This document shows positions 24,503 through 37,640 of a stretch of DNA of 64,000 nucleotides, piece after piece. Below the pieces are notes generated by a model, which did no database searches, was not told the DNA's origin, and saw nothing but the letters and a program-made list of their open reading frames with translations. Both the position numbers and the translations under genes were made by a program. The stretch spans positions 10,152,695 to 10,216,694 of the forward strand of contig NC_092670.1 of assembly GCF_964355755.1 (NCBI RefSeq), read 5' to 3'. The first letter of the stretch is position 1, and every line of letters starts with the position of its first letter. The DNA comes from Antedon mediterranea (lineage: Eukaryota > Animalia > Echinodermata).

Positions 24503-26725
24503 TTATGACAGGTAGCGTTAGGTTCGACGACAGTGATATTCCGTCGGCTTCACATACAATGTAAATAGATAGATAAATGAGGAAAGTAAGTAGATTAAAT
24601 TCTCATGAGCCTTTATGACTCTTTTATTCATAAACTTGCCAACTACAGTATTGATTAATAACAAAGATACAAGAACTACGGGATTTTAAAGTCAATTTAC
24701 GTCTCACTCACTCAAAATCAAAACGAATACAGAACAACAGTTATTTAAACATCTACGACGATTCTGCAGAACACCAAATATTGTACGTAACTATGACAGA
24801 AGTACACTGAATGAAATCACTGCAAAATGTAGCTGGACATCTCTCAAGCAACAATATCTAACACTGCTTTCAAGTCAAGAATCATAATGGTGTATCACAA
24901 TTTTTCAAGATGCATAATTGGCGTGAATGGTAAATCAATAACTTATGTACTACTTTTAAATTGGTATTCACTTTTATTATACCTGCCTTAGTACAATTCC
25001 AACTAATTTGATACATCTCATAACCCCGGACACCAGTATCTCCCTGTATTCACCAACCTCCACCCCTCTTCAATCACATCCCTCACTCGGGTGGAAAAAA
25101 AATCCTTCCCAGAAACCAAACTATAGCTTCATAATAAGAGGCCAAGAGGATTATGCACAACCATGATAGGCCTATGGTTTAGATACTTTGCAAACTGTGT
25201 AAATTAATAGGTGTCGTATTGGCTAATGATTAAAATATCAAGACAGCTACGTATGATACTGCTGAATTACCTTAGCCCAAGGCTTTTTTACTCCTCTCCC
25301 TATCCCAGCCACAATCAACAAACCCTAACTCCTTTCTAGAACAGTTCAATCCCAATCATGTTGTCCTTCATTAGCCCCAAAACGCCAGTATCTCCACCCC
25401 ACTAGGTTTGAGACGTTTCTAGTATAAATTATATTGAGCCATACAGTATATCACTCCCAACCCATAACCCCGCAGTGGAAGTTTTTTTTAAATATAGTTT
25501 AAAACATTTCCAGTAGAGTTTCAGCCATGTTGATAGGCCTACGACCCACCCCAAACTCCCAACCCAAACTCCCAACTCCTTTCCAGAAATACTCCCAACT
25601 CCTTTCCAGAAATACTTTTTCAAATTGATAGCCTACTACTCTTAGCCCAAGCAAAAATCCCCACCATTCCTTTTACCGCAACTCCCCCTCCCCCTCCTGA
25701 CTTTGGGAATTTTTTAAATGTAGTTTAAAACCTTCACAGACAATTGCAGTAATTTTGATAGCCATAAGTATGGTTACGTGCAGAAACAGAAATTTGTATA
25801 ACGAACAGAAAAACACAAAAAGTGGAAAAAAAGTTTGGAATTTTGACCCATAACATGTATTCAAGATGGCGGATGATGTTCAATATAGTTTAGAACCTTC
25901 CCTGTACCATTACGGTCATTTTGATACCCCATATGTGTGCAGTAACAAAAATGTGTATAACTAACATACAAACATCAAAGTACAAGCAGATTCATAAGTT
26001 AAATTCATACAAAAAGAATTGATCAAATTTTTGTTTTTTCTGAAAGTGATTTTTGACGCTAATACATTCAAAGTTGAATTTTGTAGTTGTTTATTTGCTT
26101 TTTAATATTTATATACTTTTACCTTTACCTTGGAAAATACATTAGCATTCATCTTGTGTTTCCTTATGTCACTAATTTCTTAGATCAAAACCAATATAAT
26201 AAGATATATAATATGTAGGCCTACATTTATTGTAAGTTTTTATTTAATTTTTAATCATTTCAAAACAAGATTCAATTTAAAAACTACTGCAAATATCCAT
26301 TGAAAATACTCCTAAAATTAGATTAAGATTTATGATTAGATATCAATTTGATTTTATTAATTAAAAACAACAATAATAATAATGTTACTATTATGCATTT
26401 ATTAGCATAGTTTTAAAATATTAATTAAATTCTTAATAAAATTAATAATTTTTTTACATTATATTATTTGGTATAATATTTAAAAATGATTAATAACAAC
26501 AAATTCATTGTTACTATATTATATACTTTAAAATTCAAAATAAAAAATTCCATATAATAAATTTTAAACAAATCACAGTTGATATGACATTGACAATATA
26601 TTGATTATTAATGTTATAACATTTGGATTATTATAATAAAATAATTATTTAATGATAAGGCAAAATGATATTCAAAAGAAACAAAGAAGAATCTAAATTA
26701 TTCAATAATTACAGATTCTGATTTG

Positions 26726-26839
26726 TTATGGTGCTCTTTTAACCATCATCCCTTCAAAAGCATTCCAGTTGATGCCTTTAGAATCATGTGTATCTGGTGT
26801 AAGGTAAATCCCATTCAGGTCTGAATCATGAACATTCTC
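26726..26839 (-). repeat. in-frame tandem duplicate of the FReD-B C-terminal segment after the stop codon
   Basis: *ENVHDSDLNGIYLTPDTHDSKGINWNAFEGMMVKRAP*. Confidence 0.88.
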
Positions 26840-27090
26840 TTATGGTGCTCTTTTAACCATCATCACTGTCTTCTTGAGACTGTTGTTATTATTATCGAAA
26901 TGATACCAGCTGATGCCTTTATTACCAACTGTACCTGGTGTAAGGTAAAGGCCATTCAGGTTTGAATGATGACAGTTATTGTACCACCAAGCACCTTTGT
27001 TATACTCAGCACAGTTACTACCACTATTCTTATCATTGTCTCTATCATACGTTGTAAATTGGTGACCATTGCTGTGTTCCAAAGAATCAC
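26840..27090 (-). CDS. FReD gene B, last exon
   Basis: [48 protein letters not shown]. Confidence 0.92.
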
Positions 27091-27780
27091 CTAAACAAAC
27101 AAGATAATATTAGATCATCTTTAGTTTACTTCATAAATCTTAAATTAACATTCATTTTTAAATATTTGTTTTTCTTTGTGTTATAAAATAAAAGATATTT
27201 GATATACAAAAAGGGAAAATAATAATATACAGTATACCCTAAAATTCGTAATATATTTTATAATTGATTTCATTTATCTGTAAATTGTATGCCATAAATT
27301 AAATCATAGCACAATTATATAAATAGTTTTTTTTATATGTACTGTATATATATTTTTTATTAACTACTCTTATATCATAGTTGCTTTATTTTAATATTTT
27401 ATATATTTTGTTTTGTCATAGTTAATTTTACTTTAAAAGCAATGCATTTAATAATGAAGAAGAAAGAAGAAAACACAAGTTATATGAAACTGTACTAGAT
27501 TCACACTATGATTTTTAATTTCAATTTCTTTAACTTTATTTTGTGTACTTTTAAATCAGAGTGGTCCTTAGTTGTTATAACTGGCTCCTTTTTGAGGGAC
27601 CACTGTCTAAAAAATAACTTTAATGTGCGAGTGGGCTATGTTATTGTAAGGTACAAGGAGGATTTTTACAACAAAAATTATTTTGGGTAGAGAATTCTAT
27701 AATTCTGTAGTTACTGGCAGTAATTATATTTTGTTATATCTAACCTGTTTGTGCAATTATTTAGCAAGCTTGTTTGGATA

Positions 27781-27930
27781 TTAATCATACATATACTGTT
27801 GCATTGACTGCCTCATAAATGCCTACTACATTAATCATACACATACTGTTGCATTGACTGCCTCATAAATTCCTACTACATTAATCATACACATACTGTT
27901 GCATTGACTGCCTCATAAATGTCTACTACA
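27781..27930. repeat. 50-bp minisatellite, 3 copies
   Basis: ttaatcatacacatactgttgcattgactgcctcataaatgcctactaca. Confidence 0.92.
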
Positions 27931-28559
27931 TTAAAACAAAAATCAGTAAATGTAGTTACTGCAGTAAATGCAGTATAATAATTTTAACATGATCTATTGA
28001 TAAGATAAGTTGTTGTACTGTGGGTATGTGAACATTTTAATAGATTCGTTTCAGGCCTGTAAGAAGGAATTGCGAAGTGGGAGGTCCATCCAAAAATGTA
28101 CTTTATAGACAGTTTACATTCAAGATGATCACCTTTGGGCTTTACATTATATTTGAGAAGCGACATCAATTGATAATCAAAAAGTATCAAATGATTATCA
28201 TTTGTTGTTTAAACTTTTAAATATTGTGGTCTAATTATGACATGACTGGCTAAAACATGGGGCTATATGTCACAAAGGCGTAGAAGTTTTTTTTGCATGA
28301 GATTCACTTCAATATCATTATTAGAATTGTTTTGTTCCATTTTCAGATGTTTTTAGAAGCTTTTCTTTTAATGTTTGTCCAATTTCTTTAGCTTTAGTAT
28401 GTTGCGTATACCGTTATTTTTAGTCCTACTGTATGGGCCTTGGCTATGATCCCGGATGTTTATAATATGGTGCCTTGTCAAGAAAAGCGGTCATCTATTT
28501 GACCTTTGTAATACAAAAAAATCAATATTTTAAAAAATTAATTTAAACGATCACAAAAG

Positions 28560-29480
28560 ATCTGAAATATCTAAAGGTAACTTTACAGGTTTGATGGTCC
28601 TTGACATACAAAAGGCCTTTGATACAGTCAACCATCAGATATTATTGCAAAAACTGGTTCATATGGGCATTGATAAAGAAGAAAGATTGCAAACAAATGA
28701 CATCAGTAAATGGCGTTCAGTCCCAACCATGTACTATATCTAGCGGAGTTCCCCAAGGTAGCATTTTAGGACCTCTTTTTTATGTTATATGCTGAAGATA
28801 CAATATTGAAGTCCAAATCTGGCATCATGTAACAACTGGCTTATACTGTAAACAACAAACTATCATTACATCTTGATAAAACTGAGTCAATATTTTTTGG
28901 TACTAAAAGAAAACTTAAGAATGTTCTTGATTTTGCTGTTATTTTTAAAACTAAGTTGATATGTAAGAAGAATATGATCTCATATCTTGGTTGTTTGCTT
29001 GATGAAGACCTGTCTGGAGAATCTATGGTTCAAAAAGTTCTTGGTAAGAATAATTCAGGACTTAAATTTTTGTATAGACATTCTGCATGTCTAAATTTCT
29101 TTTCTCGCAACATTCTATGCTCTGCACTCATTACCTGTCACTTTGATTATGCATGTTGCTCCTGGTTTCCAGCTGTTTCTAAAAAACTTAAACAAAGACT
29201 TCAAAACAGTCAAAATAAAGTTGCTAGGTCTATAAAATAAATATATAAATAATCGAGCACATATTGGTAAAGACGAACTGAACCAAATCGGTCAATTATT
29301 TTTAGAGGATAGAATTTGCCAACTCAAACTAAATCATGTTCATAAGATTTTTTATGGAAAATCTGTACCTTATTTGACTGAAAAGTTTAAAAGAGTTTCA
29401 TCTAACCACCTTTATAGGACTAGAAGTAGTGTCAATGGTTTCAGTTCCTAAATCTGATAGTCAAATATCTCAAACTTTTT
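28560..29480 (+). mobile_element. degenerate L2/Crack-like LINE RT fragment
   Basis: KAFDTVNH, GVPQGSILGPLF, CHFDYACCSW, RLQNSQNKVAR. Confidence 0.75.
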
Positions 29481-29499
29481 ATTATACAGGCAAAAAATA

Positions 29500-31972
29500 T
29501 CCACAAACGGTTTCAGATTTTCACCAACTGTAAGTTAATCTTTGAGAAAATTCTTTCCGATTTTTTCACACTCGATCCCAGGCCAACAATCGAACGGGCC
29601 CACCGAGATGGTAAAAGTATGAACGGTAAGCCAAGGCATATCATTGCCCGTTTTCTCTCATACGCTTCTAAGATTGAAGTTATGAAACAACGAAGTTCTG
29701 CGCTAGATAGCCAGAAATTTTATATCATAGATGATCTTACTGCTGCCGATCTACTGGAAAAAAAGAAATGGAGATCACAAGTAAAAGAGATGTACAATAA
29801 AGGTACCAAGCTTCGTTTTACGGCTGGAAAATGGCGAACTTCAACTGGCATTCCGGTAAACTTTTCGAAATTCCATTGAAATAGTTCCGGTAAACTTTTC
29901 GAAATTCCATTGCCATACTAGTGATCGGAATGTTGTTGTAAACACTTGGACTGACTAAGAATCTTTTATCCATTATTTTCCTTACATCTGCATACTTTGC
30001 TTAATTTGTACAAGCCACTTGATTGATTTTACATAATAATTTTACAATAGCGTTTTCAGGAGTCTGTTCTCACATAATTGCATTGTCATAAGATGTTTAA
30101 ATCACTTAAAACCATTTATTCACCTTTGTTTTATTGTTACCCCCCAATTCTTAACTTGTTTCTTTATATTTACGTTCTTGTACTTTTCTGTTTTTACGTA
30201 ACATTACCAGGCATCTTTTATTACATACTATTGAATAAACTGATCACTACTTCCCAAAGCAGACCTAGTATTGATTTATGTAAGCTCCCTACGTATTTAC
30301 CTGCTAATAAACCCCCTAATGTAAAAGAATGGGAAATGTACAATCAATTAAGAAAAGTTAAAGTAAAAAAGTCCCCGGGCCCTGATAATGTGCCTAACAG
30401 ATTAATAAGAGATTTTGCATGCGAACTAAGCATCCCTATGACTAATATCTTAAATGCCTCCCTCAGTGAGGGTCATGTCCCAACTATGTGGAAAGATGCT
30501 ATTGTTACTCCGGTTCCCAAAGAAAATGGTTGTACTAGGGTTGACAAATTTCGACCAATCTCACTTACATGTATCCTAGCTAAGGTAGCTGAGGGCTTCA
30601 TTAAAAAATGGCTCTTAACAGATATCGAGAAAAATCTTGATAACAACCAATATGGTTGCCGTAAACACTTTTCTACAACCCATAATTTGGTTGATCTACT
30701 AAATGTGTTCTATGAAGGTAGTAACATTCCCAAATCTGTTGGTCAGTTAGTTTTAACTGACTTTAGTAAAGCATTCGATTGTGTTGACCACACAATAGCA
30801 GTTTCTAAATTAGTAACACTTGGTTGTAGACAACAAGTACGCTATAAATCCACCTTATCAATGAGTGTTAATCTAACATGTGGCGTCCCTCAAGGTACGC
30901 TCCTTGGGCCTATGATCTTTCTTGCTCTAATTAATGATGCCATGCAAGACTCGCCATGTAAAACTTTGAAATATGTAGATGATTTGTGCATAGGACAGAT
31001 AGTAAAAAAGGATGTAATTTCCTCAATTCAGAATGATGTTGCTTTACTGAATGTATGGTCTAATGAAAACAAACTAAAACTTAACCCAACTAAATGTAAA
31101 ACTATGTATTTTAACTTTCAAAGAAATCAATATGAACATGAACCCCTTTTCATTGGTAATGCTACAATTGAAATCGTTAATGAAACTAAGTTACTAGGTT
31201 TATGGATACAAGCTAACCTCAATTGGGACCGTAACGTTAAAGAAATTGTATCCAAAGCCAGCAGACGTCTGCATATATTATGTAGATTAAGAAAGTTCAA
31301 TCTTCCGAAATTTGATCTTGTAGATGTATTTAAGAGTTACATAAGACCAAGTGTTGAATATGCTGTCCCAGTATGGCATTCTAGTCTCACTAAGAAACAA
31401 AGTGATATGATAGAATCTGTCCAAAAAAGGGCTTGCAGAATAATATTGTGTAATGACTACATATGTTATGACCAAGCACTCAATGATCTTTCTTTATACA
31501 CTTTATCTGATAGAAGGCGTAATCTATGCTATAAGTTTGCTCTGAATTGTTCAAAAAGTATTCATTTTGGAAAATGGTTTCCAGTGAAGAATGTAAGTAA
31601 CATGAAACTACAGTAAGACGTGTAAAGTATCAACAACCCAAATGCAGAGTTGAAAGATATAGAAAAAGTGCAATACCATACCTTATCTCGCTTCTAAATG
31701 AATAATCAGTATATATCACCCAGTACAGCTTTGCGATTCTTATTGATGCTTTTAGGTGTTTTTTTCTTTTCTATTTTAATATTTTAAGCTAAACTTTTTG
31801 AATGTTCCTGTATTGTATTTCTTGTGTAAATTGCCTCCTTTTTTATATTTTTTTATCATTGGTTTTGTACTTTTATACAAATTTTAATATTGAACAAATG
31901 TAAATGTCTTTGTAATTCAGCTAAGGCTGCGATAATGATATTGAAATAAATGAAATGAAAAAAAAAAAAAAA
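29500..31972 (+). mobile_element. CR1/L2-group LINE: ORF1 remnant + RT, endonuclease apparently deleted, poly(A) tail
   Basis: IERAHR..PRHIIARF..IIDDLT; KSPGPDNVP, FRPISLT, DFSKAFD, GVPQGTLLGP, KYVDD; A-run at 31958-31972. Confidence 0.85.
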
Positions 31973-32005
31973 TTATGTACCGAATTTAGCAAGCTTGTTT
32001 GGATA

Positions 32006-32506
32006 TTAATCATACACATACTGTTGCCTCGACTGCCTCATAAATGCCTACTACATTAATCATACATATACTGCTGCCTCGACTGCCTCATAAATGCCTA
32101 CTACATTAATCATACACATACTGTTGCATTGACTGCCTCATAAATGCCTACATTAATCATACACATACTGTTGTATTGACTGCCTCATAAATGCCTACTA
32201 CATTAATCATACACATACTGTTGCATTGACTGCCTCATAAATGCCTACTACATTAATCATACACATACTGTTGCATTGACTGCCTCATAAATGCCTACTA
32301 CATTAATCATACACATACTGTTGCATTAACTGCCTCATAAATGCCTACTACATTAATCATACACATACTGTTGCATTAACTGCCTCATAAATGCCTACTA
32401 CATTAATCATACACATACTGTTACATTAACTGCCCCATAAATGCCTACTACAACATTAATCATAAACATACTGTTGCATTGACTGCCTCATAAATGTCTA
32501 CTACAT
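32006..32506. repeat. 50-bp minisatellite, ~10 copies
   Basis: Same unit as 27781-27930, inside a duplicated block. Confidence 0.92.
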
Positions 32507-33683
32507 TAAAACAAACTAAAATCAGTAAATGTAGTTACTGCAGTAAATGCAGTATAATAATTTTAAAATTATACCTATTGAATGTCCTTTGACCTTGTGA
32601 GTTGTTGCATTACAGAATAGAAGTTGTTGTTGTACTGTGAGTGCATTTGAACATGTTAGATTTGTTTCAGGCCCGTAAGAACCAATTTTGAAGTGGGAGG
32701 TCATCCAAAAATTTACGTTATAGAGTGTTTAGAGAGTACTTTGCATTCACCTTTGGGCTTTACATTATGTGAGACGTGGATAATAAAAAAATATCAAATG
32801 ATTAGTATTTGTTGTTTAAACTTTTAAATATTGTGGTCTAATTATGACATGACTGGTGAAAACATGGGGCTATTTCACAGAGGCGTAGAATTATTTTGCA
32901 TGAGATTCACGTCAATATCATTATTAGAATTGTTTTGTTCTACTTTTCAGATGTTTTTAGAGGCTTTTCTTTAAACATTTGTCCAATTTCTTTAAGCTTT
33001 AGTATGTTGCATATACCGTTATTTTTAGTCCTACTGTATGGGCCTTGGCTATGATACCGGATTTTATAATATAATGGCTTGTCAAGAAAAGCGGTAATCT
33101 ATTTGGCCTTTGTAATACAAAAAATAGCTATATATTAAGCTAAATTAGGCCTAAGACTAAAATATCAACAAACGAAAAGTTATTCACGAAAAATGTTGTA
33201 CCTGAAAACGTTATTTGCAGTATTAATTTGAAATCAGTTTCTTTTATTTCTAACCTAAATAATTTCCAAATATTTTGGTCAAATTCAATTTCCGTTCTTT
33301 TATTTGATATTTTTTACATGATTTGCAAATAGAAATAAAATTTATTGCAAAATCAAAAATACAGAGATATGTGGTCAAGGACCACTTCATTAAATTTTGG
33401 AGGCAATCCGGACCACGCTCTTAATTCTGGACCACTTTTTAGTATTATTTTCAAATCTTCAGATGTTAAAAGATAAGACAGAATTTTCAAAAGCCGGCAA
33501 GCAGTCTAAAAGTAACAAGTAAACTGGAATTGGATTGTCCAAAAACCTCATTTTTGTACAAGAGGCAAGAGTTATAATTTGTGATTTGTAATTTTAAAAC
33601 ATAATTTTATTTAATGTACAGTTTTTTTGATACGAGTAGTTTTAAAAAACCTATTTTTTTACAAATGTATTGAATGCACTAAC

Positions 33684-33945
33684 CTGCAGTTCCTGTTTAT
33701 CCACTGATTGTCAACTTATAGTTAGAGTCCTCAGGACCAATGCCAAAGTGAGAATATCTTGCAAACTTCATTTTGTCTAAGTGGTCCCTCATCTCTACTA
33801 AGAGCTCAAAACCTCCGTCAGATGTTATACGATTGATTTGTTCGTTACCAAGCCAGAACTCTGTGTTCACATTTCCAAAACCCTCTTTGTATTCTAACCA
33901 ATTACGGTAGAAATCAACTGATCCATCTTGTCTTCTCTGTATAAC
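33684..33945 (-). pseudogene. FReD gene B middle exon with premature stop
   Basis: VIQRRQDGSVDFYRNW..LTISG*TGTAG; TAA at 33697-33699 where the paralogs have TAC. Confidence 0.88.
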
Positions 33946-34286
33946 CTGATAATGAAATGATCTATACTCTAAAGACTTACTAAAACATTGATGGCAAGCC
34001 CATCAACTGGAGTAAATGGAAATAAATGAATTAAGAACCTGACCACTAATATTACGATGAAGGTACCATGTGTAAACTTGTGTATTTAACATTAATATAA
34101 TGAACGCCGAACACTTGGACAGTAATCCGTGGATTAGCTTACCACTTGCGTGAACCACGCCAGTCTTGTGCCGTACATGTGAACGTACCCTTAGCAGGGA
34201 GTTGTACTCCCTGCCCTTAGTAAGCTCTGCCAAGGCTTTTGGAATTGCACTTGCTGATATCTTTGAATAGGTTGGCCTATACTTAC

Positions 34287-34423
34287 CGTCCAACCTCCAT
34301 CTTTTCTCATGTCACAGTATACAATTAACCGTGGACCTCCATCAATTTGCCGTATCACATATTCACCACTCACAGCATAAGGATAATGTTGTAAAATGTC
34401 ACCACAGTCCCTCATAAAACACT
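34287..34423 (-). CDS. FReD gene B, first FReD exon (137 nt)
   Basis: CFMRDCGDIL..SGEYVI..VYCDMRKDGGWT|gtaagt. Confidence 0.9.
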
Positions 34424-34909
34424 CTAAAATTGCACAGTTGGCATTGGCATTACACGATCACATTTTGTTTTGAATACGCAATATTTCAACATAAATTGTG
34501 AAGGTTTTATTCAGTGATGTAGCCACAAGAAATAAAGTGGTGCGGTTGTTGCAAGAAAAAGGAACACTCCCATGTGCAGCCCATGGTTGTCAAAGGCCTG
34601 TGGTGAAAAAGTGGTCAGTTTGAAACCGTACCTACCTGCCCTGTTATTTCAAAGTATTTTTTAACAAAAAGGTTGTTAATAATGTTAGCATACAATTCAT
34701 TTTTTTAAAAGAGGATTTAATTTAAGTTTTTTCAACTTGTTTGCATTGTCGTGAGATGTTTTCCAAGTGATTGTACTAACGTTCTTGTGACCAATGAATC
34801 ATTCATTCATAGAAAGTACTGATGTAGAAGTCGGCGACTCTACAATGGACCAGAGACCTGAGTTGTATATTTTTTTTGTCTCCATTTTTCGTTTAAATAC
34901 TTTACTTAC

Positions 34910-34937
34910 TTGGAGGAATTGGTAGACACACGTCATC
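34910..34937 (-). CDS. candidate 28-nt linker microexon (DDVCLPIPP)
   Basis: tttcactcatgtcag|...|gtaagt; phase 0 in and phase 1 out, matching the flanking exons. Confidence 0.6.
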
Positions 34938-35006
34938 CTGACATGAGTGAAAGGTAGCCAGTACAGCTAACATACAGCAGATCATGAATGCTTTAGAATA
35001 CGTTTT

Positions 35007-35956
35007 ACGCCGTGGTTAGGATTCCGGTACCGGAACTCAACTTCCCACCGTTATGGAATCCGACACGCTATTGCGCATGCCCAGAGCGAAGTAATTATAG
35101 CTTGCACTAGTGCCACAGACCACGCACCACATTACCCGAGAGTCGGAGTGTTAACTAGGGATGTACTGTGTAGCCAAAGATAGTGTCACTATCTTTGTTG
35201 TGGCCTAGTTAGTCGTCGCGCAGGGGAGAGAGCGATGGATGAAACTTGGCCTAGGCCATACATGAATTAATAATTACGCCACGCGTTAAAATAATTATTA
35301 TGATATGCGTATTTCAAGAAATGTACGAAAATGAATAGCGTAGCGTTGCGAAACCGACTTCTTCCGAACAGTTTTTTTTTCACATCCGCCCGGCGGCTGC
35401 TGTCAACAAATCAACTTGTATACGATTGCATGATGTTATGTACAGTATATAAGTGCGTTATATAAAATCTTTTATTTTGTACTTGAAAAATCATAAAAAT
35501 TAAAACTAGTCATGTAATTATAATTCATAATTATATAAAGTTTATATATGAATTAAGCAACGACTTTTTTAATTACGAAATAAATAGGCCCAATGGTCAC
35601 ATCTAGCTGGTAGGCCTACTAGTATTAGTAGGCATGTAGGCCGGCTAGTTCGCCATGGCGCAGCTATTAAAATGATCGATCGCTGTAAAGCTTGGTTCCC
35701 ACTAGAACGTAACGCAAGTGTTTTAACCAATGACAAGCGAAGTTATAGACAGTTAGCAATCACAAGCGAATAAGCCATCGCTTGTGATTGGTCAATTCAC
35801 TTGCGTTACGTCCTTGTGTCGATAGTGGGAACCACGCTTTAGTCTGTAGACAAAAATAGAGTCGCTGATTACCTCGCTCTGGGCATGCGCAATAGCGTGT
35901 CGGATTCCCTAACGCTGGGCAGTTGAGTTCCGGTGCCGGAATCCTAACCACGGCGT
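35007..35956. mobile_element. MITE with ~90-bp TIRs containing a nested small MITE (35686-35841)
   Basis: acgccgtggttaggattccgg... inverted at 35866-35956; inner taaagcttggttcccact / agtgggaaccacgcttta. Confidence 0.85.
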
Positions 35957-37448
35957 TCATTTTATGTTACATTTCTTGAAAGCTCACTAAATACAATTGA
36001 CAGGTTATTTTCATTTAACTAGATTAGAAAAGTATGCAGTCAAACGACAAGTATTATGTTGTATTTTCACCTGATCTACCTTGCAGTGTATTAGAAATCG
36101 CCAAGTTTCTAGCCATAGGCAAGTTACTATCACATGTCTAATAGAGTCACTTGCTAATGAAGTTACTTGTCTATAGAGTGGCTGGCCAAGGAGTCGCCAA
36201 CCTAGCCTACGGAGTGACTAGCCTATACAGCCACTAGCCTGGAGTCACTGGTATAATAATAGATACCTACACTCATATTGTGTAAATAATTGATTGATTG
36301 AAAGCACAAGCTTAGAGAAATTGTGAAATTTTAGGGGCTCTTCAATCTCAAACATAAACTGTAAAATTAATTAAAATTTGAAGACATCATCAACTTCCCT
36401 ATCAATTTAAATTGAAAGAATGTAATTCTTACAACTATAATTCAATGTCTTTTACACCTCAACTGAATGATGAAGCGATTGTCTCAGATCTCACAGTGCA
36501 ATATTGGAACACCTCTCTTATTTAGAGATTGATTGGAGAACAACCCACATGTTTTCAAACCACACCCTTTCAACTAAAAGGTTTATAATAGGATTTCTCA
36601 TGTAATCTCAATGTTACAAATTACATTATACTGAACAATATTTGAATATTGTATATATTTGGATATTTGTTGATAATTTTTTCAGCTAATTGATTCGTGA
36701 ATGATCTGAAAAACTTTGTAATTCGCTATTTGTAAACACTCAAGATAGAATTTGCTTTGTTGGGTCTTTTTAATTTGTTTAGCTAATTTGTTCGTGAATG
36801 AGATTTAAAAACACTTTTGCTTTGTCAAGCTTCATTTTAATTAATGTGAATGAATTCCTAGTTATCTATCTCTTTCTCCTAGTGTCTCTGTTCCTATTTG
36901 TCCATATGGCCCAGTGTTATGAATATCAACATTAATTAACACAGAAACACTCTCATGCATTTACTTCGTTATATTTATTAGCTTATGTACAAAATGTTTT
37001 GTGTAGCTTTGTACGCCAGTCTGTGTTTCTGATCACATAGTAGCCTACATTTGTAATTAAGTGAGAGAAGATGTGCCTAACTCTTGTATTTATTTATTTT
37101 TACTTTAGTTATGCTGTTAAGTGTTGTTTTGTCTCATATTTGATCAATTGATAATTTTCAAAATAAAATCCATTTTACATACTTGTTTATTTGCCATAAT
37201 AAATACTATTTTTAAAGTTCATTAATTTTTACAATTATGAAAGTATTAACATTTCAATTGATACTTTGGAAAAAAAAGTGACCAATAAAGAAATTAAATC
37301 TAATAATAGCAATAGCATATTTCTAGGTAACTTTGATTGTTATATTCTATAGGCATTCTCACCTTTAAATGGCTGACCAGTAAAAATATTAAAAATAGAA
37401 GTTTAATTTTATATTGTTCTTTGTTGTTGTTCTTTTAGGCTTGAAGCT

Positions 37449-37640
37449 TCTTGGATAAGGACTATAAACCATAGGTCCAGTGTACACAACTTGCTCGTGT
37501 GCACTTTAAAGAACCTAGTACATCTTTCGAGACGAGTAGGGGGTTACCCCGGTGTATTAGTACATCACAGCCACTGATTACCAACTGGGCCCTCTGGGAG
37601 ACCAGTCTTTGACTGAAGAGGTTAGCCAGTATAAATATAT
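37449..37640 (+). mobile_element. SINE 3' fragment inserted in the duplicated plus-strand exon
   Basis: Interrupts the copy of 22512-22582; ggataaggactataaacc..ggtcc..gcactttaaagaacc resembles conserved SINE central domains. Confidence 0.55.

Larger units (their letters stand above)
17760..24929 (+). other. candidate spliced plus-strand transcript (exon-like blocks 17760-17830, 22512-22582, 24733-24929)
   Basis: ttttag/gtaag boundaries on the first two blocks; the last two are duplicated at ~37439-37759 and ~38222-38417. Confidence 0.4.

Noticed and set aside
30078-30240. Hydrophobic N-terminus suggesting a membrane-bound RT
   Set aside because: T-rich non-coding sequence read in frame upstream of a deleted LINE ORF2
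32006-32506. CRISPR-like array
   Set aside because: Head-to-tail 50-bp repeats without spacers
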